Below, piece by piece: positions 60,816 to 64,000 of a stretch of DNA of 64,000 nt. The notes beneath the pieces were generated by a model. It was not told the DNA's origin, did no database searches, and was given only the letters and a program-made list of their open reading frames with translations. Origin of the DNA: Bryobacterales bacterium. GTDB lineage: Bacteria > Acidobacteriota > Terriglobia > Bryobacterales > UBA6623. The translations under genes and the position numbers were made by a program. The stretch is taken from contig CBDBHC010000001.1 of the NCBI GenBank assembly GCA_965205445.1, forward strand, positions 749,368 to 813,367, in the 5' to 3' direction. The stretch's first letter is position 1. Each line of letters starts with the position of its first letter.

Positions 60816-61634
60816 CTAGCCCACCCTCGAGGGGGACTCCTCGCTCGAAACGCGGTCCTGAGCCGGGTTCGAATTGTGGTGCACCTTGCCGAATACCGCC
60901 TTGATAATGATCAGGACAATCGGGAGGGCTCCGATTCCCATCCCGTCCCCGGAATCGGCCGAGTGGACCAGGCCCAGCACGAACGCGAGGACAATCAGTC
61001 CGAGAATATCGTCCGCCACGGCGGCGCCGAGGATCACTTTCGACTCCGGAGCGTCCATCTTGCCGACATCCCTGAGCACACGTGCGGTGATGCCGACGCT
61101 GGTCGCGGCAAGCGTCGCCCCGACAAACAGGTGCACATACCAATTGGCGTCTTCCGGCATGAGGGCTGCGGAGGCGAAGTAGCCGAGAGTAACGGGAGCA
61201 ATCACACCGAGCGACGCTACGGTGAGCGGCGACGGCCCAACCGCAAGCAGCTCGTCCAGATCGCTCGCGAGCCCGACCTCGAACAGGAGGAGGATGACGC
61301 CGATCTCGGCCGCGATTGCCAGGAAGGGGCCTCTCTCTCTCAGGATGTCGACAAATCCGAATCCGAACAGGCCGAGATTCCCCAGAACGATGCCGAACAC
61401 CAGCTCGCCTAGTACTGCGGGTTAGTTCAGTCGGTCGAAGAGTTCGCCCCCGACCCTGGCGGCGAGCAGGATCACCGAGAACGCCAGCAGGAAGCGTGTG
61501 ATCTCGGCGTTGTGACCGCAGACGTCGGCGGCATTGGCAGTTGCCCACGCCCCTGCCGCGATCGCCGCGATCCAGAGGACGCGTCCGGGAACAAGCTTGC
61601 GAGGAATCGGCTTCAGGGCGCTGCTAGCGGGCAC
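60816..61634 (-). pseudogene. Cation:proton antiporter (CPA2/Kef-like), interrupted by an in-frame TAA and probably 3'-truncated
   Basis: ORFs 61422..61634 and 60816..61400 are in the same frame. Read through, the junction is GGELFDRLN-TAA-PAVLGELVFGIVLGNLG, where family members normally read R-L-x-Q-P-x-V-L-G-E-L. Only ~272 codons remain, and the last ~20 aa are not membrane-like. Confidence 0.65.
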
Positions 61635-61963
61635 CTAGCTCTCCCCTGCGGCTGCGGTCGACACGGGTCCGGTCGCTGACACTCGAACCGGCAACAGGCG
61701 ACCGGACGCGAGATTTCATCCTACCGATGAATTGTCACAGTTCTCGAACGGAAGCTTTCTAAGGGATCTCGCCGGACCGACTCTCTCGTCTCTTGGTCAC
61801 GGAAATCGGGGGCTGATCCTTGCAAGCAGGGCAGCCCGGATAGCCATGGGCCTCGGTGGGACCTGGAGCATAGGTACCGGTCCAACCCGGAATTGCCGAG
61901 GGACCGGACGTATCCGCCGCCACGCCAGGAGTTTGCCCGGAGACTGGATGCCAATTGAACAGC

Positions 61964-61979
61964 AAGGGCGGAAGCCCTT
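61964..61979 (-). terminator. Weak terminator-like hairpin after the PFOR-family gene
   Basis: AAGGGC-ttcc-GCCCTT on the minus strand, about 40 nt after the stop, followed by GCTGTTCAATT. Confidence 0.3.
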
Positions 61980-62020
61980 CCCGCACGGGGTTGGCCCGCC
62001 GCCGGCCCGGTCCTAGCTGA

Positions 62021-64000
62021 TCACATCGTGCGCGTCGGGACCCGCCGCCGCCTTGGAGCCGCCACGGGAGCCAAAGCGAGGAGCCGCTCTTCGAGCATCT
62101 GGTCGGCGCGCTCGAGGAAATCCTCCTTCGCGATCGTCCCGGCGTCGACGTCAGCAAGGATGGCTCGGTGCGCCTGGTATTCGTGGTTCTGGATGCCGAT
62201 CTTGCTTTGCAGCAGCCGCCACGCCTTGCGGCGCTCGATGCAGAAGAGCACCAGCTGGCGCGAGATCTTCATCAGCACTGGCTTGCTGCCCTTGGCCGGC
62301 AGGGTCTTGATGTAGACGCCGAAGTCCGGCACGAAGGCACGGTGGTTCTTGTCCAGGTGATGCCGTTGGACGACATCGTCCTGGGTGAGCCGCACCAGAA
62401 TGTTTTCCAGCGGGATCAGCAGCTCGGCCTCTTCCTCCCGGATCTTCTTCAGGTGGTTCCGGAACCGCGCCTCGGTCGCGCACCAGTGCGCCACGGTGTA
62501 GCGGTAGGTCTCGCCGGTCGCCCGGAACCTCGTCTTGTACCAGTCCCCCTGCATGTTGGGGTTGCCTTTGAGGTCGAGCGCCTCCTTGTAGGTCTCGCCC
62601 GCCTGGGGATTGAAGACGAATTCCGGTGCGCCTCGGGAGTCTCGCACCCGCTGCGCCTGGTCAAGCGCCATGTCGTCGCCCACTCCGTGCTCTGGCTGGC
62701 ATGTGGTGAAGCATTGCAGGAACGCGGTCCCGCGATATTCCAGTGAATCCAGGATCGACCGGAACAGCTTGGGGGCGTTCGCGATCGACACCTGCGCCAC
62801 GAACGGCGACCCGTGGCCTGCGAGAAACGTCTCGGCCACAGTCTTCTTCTCGACGCACTTGCCCTGGCTCGCCGCGCCGAAGGCGTTCATGTCTCCCCCT
62901 CCGAGCATCGGGGTCGAGTCCGAGTTCTGCCCGCCGGTGTTCGAATACACCTGGGTGTCGAGCATCAGCGCCTTCACGTTCGGACGGTTCTGCAGGATCA
63001 TCTTCGAGACGTTCTGATAGCCGATGTCGCCCATGCCGCCGTCCCCGCCCACGATCCAGACCTTGGGCATCTCGTTGATCTCCTCGGCCGTCATCAGGTT
63101 GTCGGAGAAATGGGTGAAGTCGTAGTAGCGCTGCTCGTCGATGACGTCGTCCCGCTCGAGTATCCTGGTCGCGAGCCGTTCCGGAATCACCGACCGGCGC
63201 GCGTGGTCCATGATGAAGCTCTCTCCGATCAGCCAGCCGATCGTCGCCCCGTCCTGGAACAGAGAGTTCATCCAGGGGTAGGGGTGCGGGTTGTTGGGCG
63301 GGGTCGATCCGTAGACCGTGTTGCAGCCCGTATGCGCCGCCATCGCCATGACGGACTGTCCGTTCGCGAGCCGGCCGTCGAGCGCCTGCAAGTGCTGGTG
63401 ATTGAATGCCTCTTGTCGCATGACCGCTGTGATGGCGTCGATCATGTCTTCGTTCGAGATCGCCCCGTGCGCTTCCAGCCGCGCGGTTGTATCCGCATCG
63501 GTGTCTCCGCCGAGCCGCATGAGAATGTGCGCCACGGTGCGAACGAGCAGTGCATGCTGCTTCGGGTCGCGCGCCGCAAGCCATTCGAGGCGCGTCGGGC
63601 CCTCAGCCTCGAGCGAGTCCGCCAGGCGGCGTAGCCGGTCCGCCTTGGCGTGGAAGATCGGTCGCAGAAACGCCTCGGTCACTCCGGCGATTGCCCTGAG
63701 GACGCTCTTCTCGCCGCAGCCGGCACATGCGCCGTCACCCGACACGAGCGCGTCGTAGTTCCGTCGTACCATCATCAGGTTGCGCAGGGTGGCCGTCTTC
63801 GAATCGGTCGGGTTCGCGTTGTTGTAGAGGCCCAGGAACTTTTGCGATGTGTCCGGCAGGAGGTCCAGGAACGATGTGCCGGTCTCGTGGTCGGCGTTAA
63901 CTTCCTCGGTCTCCTGGACCATCTTGAGGGCGTCGTGATCCCCGCAGGCCGTCACGCAGGCGGCGCATCCCTTGCAGAGGTCCGAGACGAAGATCGAGAA
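62021..64000 (-). CDS. Pyruvate:ferredoxin (flavodoxin) oxidoreductase-family protein, C-terminal part (continues off the right edge)
   Basis: The frame is open to the window end. The last codons read DLCKGCAACVTACGDHDAL (4Fe-4S motif). Also GACAGCGEKS, the TPP motif GGDGGMGDIGYQN and AHTGCNTVYGSTPP. Confidence 0.85.
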   Translation of the reverse strand, partial: FSIFVSDLCKGCAACVTACGDHDALKMVQETEEVNADHETGTSFLDLLPDTSQKFLGLYNNANPTDSKTATLRNLMMVRRNYDALVSGDGACAGCGEKSVLRAIAGVTEAFLRPIFHAKADRLRRLADSLEAEGPTRLEWLAARDPKQHALLVRTVAHILMRLGGDTDADTTARLEAHGAISNEDMIDAITAVMRQEAFNHQHLQALDGRLANGQSVMAMAAHTGCNTVYGSTPPNNPHPYPWMNSLFQDGATIGWLIGESFIMDHARRSVIPERLATRILERDDVIDEQRYYDFTHFSDNLMTAEEINEMPKVWIVGGDGGMGDIGYQNVSKMILQNRPNVKALMLDTQVYSNTGGQNSDSTPMLGGGDMNAFGAASQGKCVEKKTVAETFLAGHGSPFVAQVSIANAPKLFRSILDSLEYRGTAFLQCFTTCQPEHGVGDDMALDQAQRVRDSRGAPEFVFNPQAGETYKEALDLKGNPNMQGDWYKTRFRATGETYRYTVAHWCATEARFRNHLKKIREEEAELLIPLENILVRLTQDDVVQRHHLDKNHRAFVPDFGVYIKTLPAKGSKPVLMKISRQLVLFCIERRKAWRLLQSKIGIQNHEYQAHRAILADVDAGTIAKEDFLERADQMLEERLLALAPVAAPRRRRVPTRTM

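Overview
High-GC bacterial chromosome segment (about two-thirds G+C by eye) covering the replication-origin neighbourhood. It carries dnaA-dnaN-gyrB on the minus strand (24.0-29.5 kb) and parB-parA-rsmG-mnmG (44.7-49.0 kb), with two perfect parS palindromes. The gene content includes a PSCyt/DUF1553 + DUF1501 pair, a Cys-type sulfatase plus an FGE, DUF1080, and NHL and BNR proteins ending in a TIGR03437-type C-terminal domain. By inference this points to Acidobacteriota (Solibacter/Bryobacter-like) or a similar soil lineage. About 50 protein genes are supportable, mostly housekeeping (gatCA, rsmI, leuB, pyrBC, hemB, purD, greA, argS, alr, ruvC, yebC). I saw no rRNA, tRNA or CRISPR array. One accessory island (about 12.9-18.1 kb) holds an IS1634-type transposase of visibly higher GC. 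It also holds a lower-GC XRE-ImmA/IrrE peptidase + PIN module with operator-like repeats and a possibly decayed upstream gene. Two single genes stand out. One is a secreted protein with four sCache_2-like domains (a recent tandem duplication) fused to a family-5 solute-binding domain. The other is a ~1220-aa NHL protein with an unrecognised repeated module. Other observations are a bipartite-looking oriC, start codons sitting 6-12 nt downstream of TAnnnT hexamers (possible leaderless mRNAs), Tat signals on cofactor enzymes, and an antiporter pseudogene. I did not find a clear-cut novel multi-gene system, and the candidates are hypotheses. Many long ORFs in the track are GC-driven shadow frames and were rejected.
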